Shown here: positions 47,415 through 56,721 of the stretch, one piece after another
How positions within the stretch are numbered: the first letter of the stretch is position 1
Layout: each line of letters opens with the position of its first letter
IMG/VR virus record: IMGVR_UViG_3300025018_000093
Length of the DNA: 64,000 nt
Strand: one strand, 5' to 3'
Source: a virus
Lineage: Duplodnaviria > Caudoviricetes
The notes under the pieces: generated by a model
Database searches by the model: none
The model's input: the letters and a program-made list of their open reading frames with translations, nothing else
What the model was told of the DNA's origin: nothing
Program-made: the position numbers and the translations under genes

Positions 47415-49334
47415 ATGTCGACAAAGCAATTCGAGAGAAGCACTGCGGATGTTCCTCTTTCACGTTCTCGACGTTTCGGAAACTCCTTTTCCGCCGACGT
47501 GTACGCGGACCTTCGTTTCAGTCCCCAGTATGATCGGACCTTTGAGGCTCAGGAGGGGCTTCCGATTGACGGGTCGAACAAGCTCTTGCGGCAGCTTTCT
47601 CCGTTCACTATCAGTCTGCTTCCTCCCCTTGCACTGAGCAATGTCCCAGAGCAGACGTCTCTGGTGGACTCGATTCGGCAGAAGCTTGATGTGCTGGCGT
47701 TGGACGCAACGAATGTGTTCAATCTGTTTCTCGATAGCATCGCGGTCCCTCAGGTGGGTACCGTGCAGGACACAGGGGTCATCGAGAATAGTGACCTGAC
47801 GCCGCATTTTACGTTCTCCGAGTTCCTGAAGAACCCGATTGAATCTGGCAGAGAAGAGGAAATCCTCGCCAACATTCGCACTCTCGCAGGGGAGTTGGAG
47901 AAGGCCAAGCTTGCTTTCGAAGCCATCCGGGGAGGACCTGTATCCATTCAAATCATCTCTGGGTATCGTTCCCCAGACTACAATGCCAAGATTAGTGGTG
48001 CACAGGACAGCTATCACATGCGGGGTATGGCTGCCGATATCATCGTTTCGGGGCTCTCCCCTGTAGAGATGGCAGCTACCCTGAATGAGTTGATGGATAG
48101 TGGGTCGATTCTCCAGGGAGGATTAGGGTACTATCCGGATCCCAGTGATGGTTTCGTACACTATGACGTGCGTGGAAACAGATCGCGGTGGCAGGATAAA
48201 GAGATCGATGAGGGTACCGAGATTAAGACCATTGCAGAGGCTATGGGGATGCTTCCCCAAGGCCCTTTGCCATCGGAACAAGCACGACTGTCCGAGGAGG
48301 CAGGGTACTCGTCACCCTTGCAGCGACGTACTGTCCCTGCAGCCCCACCCCCAAGCATCCCTCTGTTTGATGGGGCCACCTCGGTGAACACCTGGCAAGA
48401 GGCCAAGGATGGCGCTACAAGGGCGTCTCTGAACCTCATGGGATCGGATGTAGGCGGGTCTGGGAGTAATCGCACCAAGGCAGAGGTGTTCATTGCCGGG
48501 GGTCTTGCGCAGACGAATGAGCACGGTGCATTCCTTGAGCCGGGTATTGCAGACCGACTGGTGGCTGTGGACATTGCGTCGCAGCTCGATACCATCTTGA
48601 AGGTCCCACCGCTGACGCTTCTGATTAATCCTTCCACCTTCTCCTTGCAGTACACCCGAATCCACCAATTCAGTCAGCGCACCCGAAACGGATTTCTGTA
48701 CCAGGCCTGGGGGGAAGAGCAACCGACGCTGACCTTCTCTGGGACTATTGGAGCTTTCCTCGCTGGGGCGAATCCGGGGTCTACAGGTCCGACTACGTCC
48801 ACACCGACAGGTGTGCAGTTCGCGTCCAAGAGAAACTCCGCTGCGTATCAGAACCTGATGGCGCTACTCGGGTTCTACAAGCATGCGGGGTACATCTACG
48901 ATACGGTGTACAAGACCAACGCTCACCATATGGTTGGAGCCCTGGCTATCGAGTATGATCAGTGGGTGTACGTAGGGCACATGAACAGCTTCAACTGGGG
49001 CTACGACCAAGATTCTGTGCAAGGGAAGATTGCCTTTGACATCGAGTTCAAGGTGTCCCAGATGTTCGACAACCATATGCCAATCGAGAGTATCCCTCCG
49101 CTCCGGTCTATCACAGACAGCCTGAGTTCTCCTGGGAATGTCATTGGGGGTGTTGTTCCGTTGGTGAATACTACCTCGACAAGTCAGCTTTTTGAGGAAG
49201 AGACCACGAAAACGCTTACCGGGGACGCCTGGGCGGGAACGTCGGATGCTCGGGGTGGGGGTGGGGCGGAAGTTCCTACGGGGTCCGGGGGGTGGGAACG
49301 TACGTCCTTTGTGGGTGACTTGGCTAGCCCTTAG
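47415..49334 (+). CDS. Tube-initiator-like baseplate protein carrying a peptidase M15 (Zn D-Ala-D-Ala type) domain
   Basis: HFTFSEF...IISGYRSPDYNAKISGAQDSYHMRGMAADI...GLGYY...FVHYDVRG. The C-domain LLINPSTFSLQY...QRTRNG is paralogous to the 46631 gene. Confidence 0.8.
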   Translation: MSTKQFERSTADVPLSRSRRFGNSFSADVYADLRFSPQYDRTFEAQEGLPIDGSNKLLRQLSPFTISLLPPLALSNVPEQTSLVDSIRQKLDVLALDATNVFNLFLDSIAVPQVGTVQDTGVIENSDLTPHFTFSEFLKNPIESGREEEILANIRTLAGELEKAKLAFEAIRGGPVSIQIISGYRSPDYNAKISGAQDSYHMRGMAADIIVSGLSPVEMAATLNELMDSGSILQGGLGYYPDPSDGFVHYDVRGNRSRWQDKEIDEGTEIKTIAEAMGMLPQGPLPSEQARLSEEAGYSSPLQRRTVPAAPPPSIPLFDGATSVNTWQEAKDGATRASLNLMGSDVGGSGSNRTKAEVFIAGGLAQTNEHGAFLEPGIADRLVAVDIASQLDTILKVPPLTLLINPSTFSLQYTRIHQFSQRTRNGFLYQAWGEEQPTLTFSGTIGAFLAGANPGSTGPTTSTPTGVQFASKRNSAAYQNLMALLGFYKHAGYIYDTVYKTNAHHMVGALAIEYDQWVYVGHMNSFNWGYDQDSVQGKIAFDIEFKVSQMFDNHMPIESIPPLRSITDSLSSPGNVIGGVVPLVNTTSTSQLFEEETTKTLTGDAWAGTSDARGGGGAEVPTGSGGWERTSFVGDLASP

Positions 49335-49372
49335 GGCGGAAGTTGCGCCAACAGAACTGAGTGGAGTGTTAG

Positions 49373-52300
49373 ATGGGCCTTGAGCACCGACCTTACATAG
49401 GAACCTGGCGGTTCAACAATCGTTCCCTGGTGCAGCACACCCCTGATGCCATTGTGTTCTTTAACGGTGACACGTCGCTTCCAGGTTGCCCCTCGTGCGG
49501 GGGGAAGATTGATCTACAGCCCTACATCACGCAGGTCAGCGTGGACTCCGCTACGGATCCCGCAGGGGCCTCCGCTCAAGTTAGCTTGGCTGTCCCGCTG
49601 CACGTGAAGGACCAATTCCATCGGAATGCACAGTTTCTGCTGCGTCCCGGGTTGGAAGTGCATGTGTACATGCGGGGCTACTTTCCGATACAGGGGCAGT
49701 ATCGAAATGTCCTGCCAGAAGAGACAGGTGGAATCGATGTTGGAGACATCGTCACCTACCCCTACTACCCTACCTTTCACGGGGTCGTGACGCAGGTGGA
49801 TCATGCGTACAGCGGGGGGTTCCAGGACATCACGTTGGGCTGCGCAAGTTTGTTGAACTTCTGGCAGTATCACAACATGTCCACGAACGCTTCAGCCTTT
49901 GGGGCACGCCCGAGCAACTCCAAGTTGAAGCAGTCTCTGGTGGGGAACAATTTCACTGGGATGACGCCATTCAGCATCATCTACAAGCTGTTTCACGATA
50001 CCGCAGGAGCTGCCGGACAAGTGGCATTCGCTCTGAGTGACAAGACCAACGTGGCGGCCAAGTCCACGGTTGGCGGGGACTCTTTGTTCTCGCTCAACAT
50101 CCGATATTGGGAAGAGCGGTTCAAGACACGGATGGTCAGTCTTCGGATGCATGGGGCGAGCGGGCAACTTTTCAACACCGCCCAGGCTGCCTTCTTGGGG
50201 CGTCTCTCCGGAGACGAGGTGCGAAGTCTGCTCAATGACCAGTGGAAGTTCAAGACGGGAGCCGCTCCCGCTTCCGACTTGTTCTCTGCAGCTCGGACTC
50301 TCAACTTTCTTCGCGAAACAGATGATCCCGTGACGGGAGAACGGGTCGTCATGGGTGCCGATGTCATCAATGCGGAGCAACAGCAGGCGGGTACCAGTTC
50401 TCCCAAGGGAGGCGGAGTCCCGGGCATGGAGATTAACGTGGCCTCCATGCAAGCCTTCGTGAGTGACATTGGGGAGTGGGGTCAGGTTAACCTCTTTGAG
50501 TCCACTTACGAGACGAAGCTCGACATTGTCAACAAGGTCCTGGAGGTGACAGGGTGGGAGTTCTACCAGGATGTGGATGGGGACTTCGTGTTCAAGCCCC
50601 CGCTCTACAATTTGGACACTCGTGCCAGTCGCATCTACACGATCAAGGACATTGACATCATCTCTCTGAACTTCAGTGAGAAGGAGCCGGACGTCACTTT
50701 TGTCACTTGCAATGGAAGTCAGTTCAAGAATCTGAAGGGAACAGGTCTGGAGGGAGAGTGGGGTGTTCGTGGGCAGTACATCGATTATCGACTTGTCGCA
50801 CAGTTTGGGTGGCGTCCTGGGAGCTTTGAGACCAGTTACTACAGTAATCCCAGAGCGATGTTCTTCGCTGCGGTAGCGCGCCTCGATGTGATGAACATCG
50901 GGGTGAACTCTGCTTCCTGTGCGATACCCCTACGCCCCGAGTTGCGCCCCGGATACCCAGTCTACATTGAATGCCTGGATGCCTTCTACTACTTGCCTTC
51001 CTTCAACCATGCGATGGCGTACGGCGGGCAGTGTACAACGAATCTCACTCTCACGGGGAAACGTGCTGCTTTCTTTGCTCCTGGCGTGTCTTCACGGTCG
51101 GACTCCCAGGGATCTGGTGTGGATGTTCAGACTTGGCCAAAGGGAACTCATGGGATCGCTTCTATTGATCTAGCCCAAACAAATCTTCCTCGCAGACCGC
51201 TTCGTGTCCTGGACAGTGATGGGATGCCGAAAATAATGGGGTTCCCCAACGTTGTCATGGCATTGGATCCTGAGCATGTGAATCCTTTGTTCTTCGTTGC
51301 GGGTTTCGACTTGGAATCCGTCGACAACCCCAAAGTCCTCCGCAATGTGATCACAGCGGCAGAGAGCTACAACCTTGTGAGCCGCACTATCTCTTCTAGT
51401 GGGGTAGAGGAGATCCGTTTCGAGGTGGACAAATGGCAGACCTCGAAGTTGGATCCTGAGGGGAAGCAGGCGAACCAGTCGGAGACGGGTGGCTTCGTGA
51501 CTTCCATTCGAGAGAACCGGGTATTCACCTTCGAGGAGCTGGTGGCGGTCAGCACCAAGTATGCGCGATTGTCCACGGAGCCCTCAAAGAAGCTGGAGAC
51601 GGATATCGAGAAGAGAAATCAGAAGTCTGAGTCCCTTCTGTCAAAGAGATCCCAGCTTTTCGAGCTTGAGAAGCAACGGGAAACAGAAGCTGAAAACAAG
51701 AAACTAGAAAGTCAGATTGCAACGCTCAATACGGAGATCAAGCAGCTAACTGCAGACATTGCGGCACTGTCTGCGGGTATCGGTTCGGAGCAAGAGATTC
51801 TGGAGCGGTCTTTGTTACAGGATCCCGACGTCCTCTACCTGCGGGACTTGCTCACAATGGTGGTGGAGCGATACCAAAAAAAAACGGGGGACTTCGGCAA
51901 ACCTTCCGAGACAGCCGGCTTGCTGGATCTCCTGAGCGACAAGAAAGCGATATTCAGCAATGGGCAGCAACCTGGGTTCTACAGGTACTACTCTTCCGCG
52001 CACCCCTTGGAGAACATGCAAGGGCAACTGAAGCTCAACACCACAGCAGGGGAGGGTGGCTCCGCTGGGGAAGCGGGCGGGGACATTCCTGGTGGGCGCA
52101 AGGTGGTTCAATTTGTGGAGCCCACAAGACCAGGACCAGATGGGGCTCTTCCCGAAGCGGAGCTTGGTGTTGCGCTTGTGCGGAAGGGGTTGAATATTCT
52201 TCGACCTTACGCGGAGGAAGTGCTTTCCACAGACCAGATTCAAACCCTCTCTTTTGTGGCACATCATCTGGACAGTGAGGTCGAACAAACGACCTACGAG

Positions 52301-53701
52301 TATGACGACTACTTCTCAGGGTTGGACCAGGATCACAAAGAGGCAATCTCTGGGGCTTTTCGCAATGCCATCAGCAGCTATACCCCTGGGGATACCCTTG
52401 AGGAAACGTTCAAGTCCACATGGGATTCCTTCACCCAGAACTGGGATGGACCCTCTTTCCCCGAGTTCATTTGGTATGCGGATGTGCGTTACGACACGGC
52501 AACAACGACCAATACGGAGATCCCCCCGAACTCCAACCCTGCGGCTGCGATCAGTACTCTTCGCACTATCTTTGAGACGGAGCTGTTTTCGCTGACGGGG
52601 GCGAATCTATGGGCACGTTGGGTCGCTGCCACGTCACCCCAGGATGACAAAGTCCGAGATGCTGCCGTGAAGGATTTCGGGAATGTTCTCAAGCTCGCAG
52701 CAAAAGGAAAGTTTACGATGCGGTTGGGGACGCGAACGAAGAAGAAGACTCAGTTCCAGACGGACTTCTATTCCCCTGTGTTTCCCGTGTCCGATGAGGG
52801 TGGGTATGAAGTGGTGGGGGCGTACAGATACGGTCGTGGGTTGCAGATTATGCCCAATGCTACCCTGGAGCAGCTTAGCTTTGTGGACCCACTCCAGTTC
52901 GCCACTCCGCAAGCAGTGGAGGATTACTTGGAGACGCTTCAAGGGAGAACACCCAAAAGCATTGGACTTACCACTGCAGATCGATCTAGCACGGATGAGT
53001 TACCCCCTGCATACTACGTGCAACGAGAGGCGGAACGTCGTCTCATCCAGGCTATCCGGGATAACCCCGAAACGCCGGAAGGTCTTCTCTCGGAGATTGG
53101 GGGCGCTTCCGATGGAGCGCAGTTTGAAGATCCTAACTTGACAGGTGTCAAGATGGGGAACTGGATCACACGTCACAATGAGGGGATCTTCAAGCTGCCC
53201 GTTGCGAATGCGGCGTATGCTCTGGGAGACTTGCAGGTCCACACGGATATGAAAGCTTGTGCCTGTCGGTCTACCCAAGCGGATGTGGTGCTCGAAGCCT
53301 TCACCACCGAGAAGTTCGTGCGTGTGCTTCCCCCGAACGTGGATATGATCACACAATTCTCTGCGGACTTGATGTTAGAACAGGCGAAACCTTGGCAGCG
53401 ATTCCGGGAAGCGATCACAACTGCACCTACGTCTACGGGACGGGGGCAGGCCTCCATGGACACACCTCTGAATCACGGGGTTGGCAGCCAGAATGCCCTG
53501 GAAACGGCTCTTCGTCTTGCTCAGGAGACAAACGCACGGAGTGTCCAAGTTGCCTCGGGTGGTACTCTTACACCCGCTGAGATAGCCACGGCTGCCGGAG
53601 CGACGGCCGGCGCAACGGCGATAGAAGCGGTCACGGAGGAGGACTTGCCGGAAGGGACGGAATTGGACGGGGGTGGGCGTGAAGGGACCGTGTACGAATA
53701 G
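49373..53701 (+). CDS. Baseplate hub protein (gp27/gpD-like), 1442 aa
   Basis: Positioned before the spike. Pattern EFYQDVDGDFVFKPPLYN...IPLRPELRPGYPVY typical of hub proteins. Confidence 0.7.
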   Translation: MGLEHRPYIGTWRFNNRSLVQHTPDAIVFFNGDTSLPGCPSCGGKIDLQPYITQVSVDSATDPAGASAQVSLAVPLHVKDQFHRNAQFLLRPGLEVHVYMRGYFPIQGQYRNVLPEETGGIDVGDIVTYPYYPTFHGVVTQVDHAYSGGFQDITLGCASLLNFWQYHNMSTNASAFGARPSNSKLKQSLVGNNFTGMTPFSIIYKLFHDTAGAAGQVAFALSDKTNVAAKSTVGGDSLFSLNIRYWEERFKTRMVSLRMHGASGQLFNTAQAAFLGRLSGDEVRSLLNDQWKFKTGAAPASDLFSAARTLNFLRETDDPVTGERVVMGADVINAEQQQAGTSSPKGGGVPGMEINVASMQAFVSDIGEWGQVNLFESTYETKLDIVNKVLEVTGWEFYQDVDGDFVFKPPLYNLDTRASRIYTIKDIDIISLNFSEKEPDVTFVTCNGSQFKNLKGTGLEGEWGVRGQYIDYRLVAQFGWRPGSFETSYYSNPRAMFFAAVARLDVMNIGVNSASCAIPLRPELRPGYPVYIECLDAFYYLPSFNHAMAYGGQCTTNLTLTGKRAAFFAPGVSSRSDSQGSGVDVQTWPKGTHGIASIDLAQTNLPRRPLRVLDSDGMPKIMGFPNVVMALDPEHVNPLFFVAGFDLESVDNPKVLRNVITAAESYNLVSRTISSSGVEEIRFEVDKWQTSKLDPEGKQANQSETGGFVTSIRENRVFTFEELVAVSTKYARLSTEPSKKLETDIEKRNQKSESLLSKRSQLFELEKQRETEAENKKLESQIATLNTEIKQLTADIAALSAGIGSEQEILERSLLQDPDVLYLRDLLTMVVERYQKKTGDFGKPSETAGLLDLLSDKKAIFSNGQQPGFYRYYSSAHPLENMQGQLKLNTTAGEGGSAGEAGGDIPGGRKVVQFVEPTRPGPDGALPEAELGVALVRKGLNILRPYAEEVLSTDQIQTLSFVAHHLDSEVEQTTYEYDDYFSGLDQDHKEAISGAFRNAISSYTPGDTLEETFKSTWDSFTQNWDGPSFPEFIWYADVRYDTATTTNTEIPPNSNPAAAISTLRTIFETELFSLTGANLWARWVAATSPQDDKVRDAAVKDFGNVLKLAAKGKFTMRLGTRTKKKTQFQTDFYSPVFPVSDEGGYEVVGAYRYGRGLQIMPNATLEQLSFVDPLQFATPQAVEDYLETLQGRTPKSIGLTTADRSSTDELPPAYYVQREAERRLIQAIRDNPETPEGLLSEIGGASDGAQFEDPNLTGVKMGNWITRHNEGIFKLPVANAAYALGDLQVHTDMKACACRSTQADVVLEAFTTEKFVRVLPPNVDMITQFSADLMLEQAKPWQRFREAITTAPTSTGRGQASMDTPLNHGVGSQNALETALRLAQETNARSVQVASGGTLTPAEIATAAGATAGATAIEAVTEEDLPEGTELDGGGREGTVYE

Positions 53702-53716
53702 CACGAGGGGTATGCG

Positions 53717-56140
53717 ATGGACCGCATAAGCAAAGGTGATATCAAGTCAGACCTGAACTCGAAGCTCCAGTCGAAGAAGCAACGCACGAGTAGCGGTGCT
53801 TCCAGAAACTACCTCGGTGTTGCTCGGGTGATGACGATTAACTATGAGGAGCACACGGTCACCCTTGCTGTGGTTCTGGGAGAGGACCAGGAGTTCCAGC
53901 GTCAACCCATCGCGATGACCTACCCCGGAGCTGGTGCAAGACATTTCTTTGGGGCGATGCCAGAGGAAGGTGACCACTGCATCATTGGGCATCTGTCGCA
54001 GGAGTCGGATGGACGCACAAGCACGCCTGTCATCCTAGGGTGGATCATCCCAGGTACTTGGATGGGGCATGATTGGCTGACGACACAGCCTTTCGCCCCG
54101 GAAGAGTACAGCATGGACACGAAAGATTCGTTCTTCGTGGCAGGTGCCTTCCAGAGAACCCGTCACAAGCTGCGTCACATGGACCCTGGGAACATCCTGT
54201 GTTCCAGCTCCCAGGGGTCAGACCTTGTCCTCTCGGAGGATGTGCTGCTATCTAACCGCAGGGGGAACGAGATACGTCTTCGGGACCCGGACCAGGCTAT
54301 GGTGGTGCGGGCACTTCAACAGTTCACTGCGTTGGCCGGGACACGTACCTACAGTGGAATGGTCCAGCGGGATGCCACCTTTCTCCCCACTTCGATGTTC
54401 TGTGATGGCACCCCCTGGGATGGCAACCAGCAGATCAATGTCGAAGAGAACCGACCTTGGACGGATGCTGAGCTGCGTGCCCTCGGCACCGGAAAGGTCT
54501 CCGTTGGGGACTTGAACCCCAACCCTGTGTTTGATCGTCGCAATGCGGATGGGTCTCTGGGTACGCTTGCCTCTGGGATGTTCTTCGAGAACAACGTGGA
54601 CCCTAATGAGTTCCTGCAACAGGGTGGGTTCATAACGTCCCAGGGGAAGACACTGGATGGACGGGAGAAGAGCAATGCGGTGTATGGAGGCAAGTCCTTC
54701 TTTCGCGTCTCTGCCTCCCAGGTCAATGATGGGCGTCCTGCGAATGCGGTTCTGGGAGTGGGAGACCAAAGCCATTCCTACACAGAGCATCGACTTGAGG
54801 TTGCCCACACTTCTGATGGGAGACTTCCGGTTACGGATCAGACAGACGGATTCGATGCAGAACGTCTCCCCCGCACCCCTCTCACGGGGGAGGATGGTTT
54901 GGGGAGGTCTTCTTCAGCTCCCTTCATCGAGTGCGTGTATGGAACTGTGGTGGGGAATGACCCCTTCAGTAAGGCTGGGAGGCAGGTCTACGGGATACCC
55001 CTCAAGCCTGTTATCTTCGAGGACTCCACCCCCGGTAAGGGACCCTCTCCGACATTGGAACCCGCAACGCATGCGGAGCTGGGAGACCAAGCGGCGATGC
55101 TGTTCCGCATGTTTCCGCCTCTAGCAGAACAACCGGGTTCCCCCACATTCTGGTCCGTGACCAAGGACGGGCGTTTCAAGGCGTCCATCGGAGGACCGCA
55201 GAATGTGGACTTCTCTGCAGAGATCGCGCTGCGCTCCGGGTTGCGTGTCAACACTGCAGGTGTGCTGCGGCTGGAAGCAGAGGGTGGCCTGGAGCTGAAC
55301 ATTGCCAATGGAGATGCCAAGAGCAATATGGGGCTCAATCTGTCTTCTGACAAGGGGGCAGTTCGAGTCTATGGCGGTGGGAAGACGACGCAGGGGACGG
55401 TGGCTTCTCAGACAGCACCCGCAGGGGCGGGTGAGTCCAACCTACCCAGTTTGATCTTGGAAGGAAAGGACAACGTCCTGATCAAGTCTGGGCGACAGGT
55501 CATGGTTAACACGACAGACATGGCCGTGCGGGCTACCGGCTTGTCTTTCAGTGCTTTGTCTGGGATCGGGATGGAAGCGGGTGACCGCATTGGGTTGAAC
55601 TCGAAGACCTACGACCAGATCACCAATGGGAAAGCCACCTATAACTTCCACGGGTACAAGGACAACCTCCCGACCAACGGTGCTTTCCGCAGCACGACGT
55701 TCACCGGAATCAGTATTGGGAACGTGGACGAGTACCTGGTGGTGCAGGGAGACCGAACGGAAGACTTCCTGCTCGGCAATCACACCACCACAGTCCAGGT
55801 CGGCAACCTCACGTACGAGACGAATGCGGGAACCTGGAAAGCCCGAGCTGGGGCAAATGAGCTGTCTGTGGACGTCGCTTCGGGGATCTCGGGTCAGGTG
55901 TCTCTTGGAAACATCACCCTTGACGCTATCGCAGGGGCCGTTACCATTTCTGGTCAAGTGTCCCTCACAGCAAAGAGCACGGGTCCAGCTGTACTAAGCG
56001 GTGCCACTGGAGTAACCTTGGGAGGTCCTGGCAAGAGCGGGGCAATTGTCTGTGGCATGGACTTGGATCCTCTGACGGGTGCCCCCCTCTCCACGTATGG
56101 GATGGGGAGTCCAGGGCATCTACTCGGACCCTCAGTGTGA
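53717..56140 (+). CDS. Central spike protein (gp5/VgrG-like OB-fold plus beta-helix)
   Basis: N-terminal OB-fold (ARVMTINYEEHTV...FFGAMPEEGDHCIIG) and C-terminal beta-repeats. Confidence 0.75.
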   Translation: MDRISKGDIKSDLNSKLQSKKQRTSSGASRNYLGVARVMTINYEEHTVTLAVVLGEDQEFQRQPIAMTYPGAGARHFFGAMPEEGDHCIIGHLSQESDGRTSTPVILGWIIPGTWMGHDWLTTQPFAPEEYSMDTKDSFFVAGAFQRTRHKLRHMDPGNILCSSSQGSDLVLSEDVLLSNRRGNEIRLRDPDQAMVVRALQQFTALAGTRTYSGMVQRDATFLPTSMFCDGTPWDGNQQINVEENRPWTDAELRALGTGKVSVGDLNPNPVFDRRNADGSLGTLASGMFFENNVDPNEFLQQGGFITSQGKTLDGREKSNAVYGGKSFFRVSASQVNDGRPANAVLGVGDQSHSYTEHRLEVAHTSDGRLPVTDQTDGFDAERLPRTPLTGEDGLGRSSSAPFIECVYGTVVGNDPFSKAGRQVYGIPLKPVIFEDSTPGKGPSPTLEPATHAELGDQAAMLFRMFPPLAEQPGSPTFWSVTKDGRFKASIGGPQNVDFSAEIALRSGLRVNTAGVLRLEAEGGLELNIANGDAKSNMGLNLSSDKGAVRVYGGGKTTQGTVASQTAPAGAGESNLPSLILEGKDNVLIKSGRQVMVNTTDMAVRATGLSFSALSGIGMEAGDRIGLNSKTYDQITNGKATYNFHGYKDNLPTNGAFRSTTFTGISIGNVDEYLVVQGDRTEDFLLGNHTTTVQVGNLTYETNAGTWKARAGANELSVDVASGISGQVSLGNITLDAIAGAVTISGQVSLTAKSTGPAVLSGATGVTLGGPGKSGAIVCGMDLDPLTGAPLSTYGMGSPGHLLGPSV

Positions 56141-56148
56141 GGTAGAAT

Positions 56149-56712
56149 GTGGCTCTCACGTCAGCAGCCGTCACCGCAGCTATTCTGGCTGCTGCGCCAG
56201 AGATGGCGGGACCAACAGGGTCTATTCTAGCCCAGGCCGTGGGTGCTGCGGTGGTCCCCTGGGCTAACCTTGTCGCAAACTTGGCGTTGACAGGGGTCAC
56301 CTCTGGGACTCTAGGTGCAGGCACTGTCCTGGGGACTCTTCTGGTGCCTTCGAATGTGGCGGTAGTTTCCGGGGGATTGTCTGCGGCGGGGGTCTTGGGA
56401 CCAACGGCTCCCATCTTGGCCAAAGCTATCGCCATTGGCATTTCTACGTCCTTTTCGACGGCGCAGTACACTGGACCCTCTATCGGAGTGGGTATGGGGA
56501 TTGACAACTCCCTTGTAGCGCTGGCGAATGCCTCTACTCTGATCTCTCTTCTGTCTGCGGGACTTCTCGGTGCTTCAGGTCCGTCTGTTTGCACTGGTAT
56601 TGGTAATGGCATCGCCAGTCTCCTACTTCTGGCGACAGGAGTTGGAGTCGTGACGGGAGCCCCCTCAACTGTGTCTGGTGTTGGTACCAGTGGCCCAAGC
56701 ACTGTTTTCTAG
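56149..56712 (+). CDS. Small Gly/Ala-rich baseplate-associated protein
   Basis: GTG start, 187 aa, between the spike and the giant baseplate gene. Confidence 0.6.
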   Translation: MALTSAAVTAAILAAAPEMAGPTGSILAQAVGAAVVPWANLVANLALTGVTSGTLGAGTVLGTLLVPSNVAVVSGGLSAAGVLGPTAPILAKAIAIGISTSFSTAQYTGPSIGVGMGIDNSLVALANASTLISLLSAGLLGASGPSVCTGIGNGIASLLLLATGVGVVTGAPSTVSGVGTSGPSTVF

Positions 56713-56721
56713 GTTGCACTG

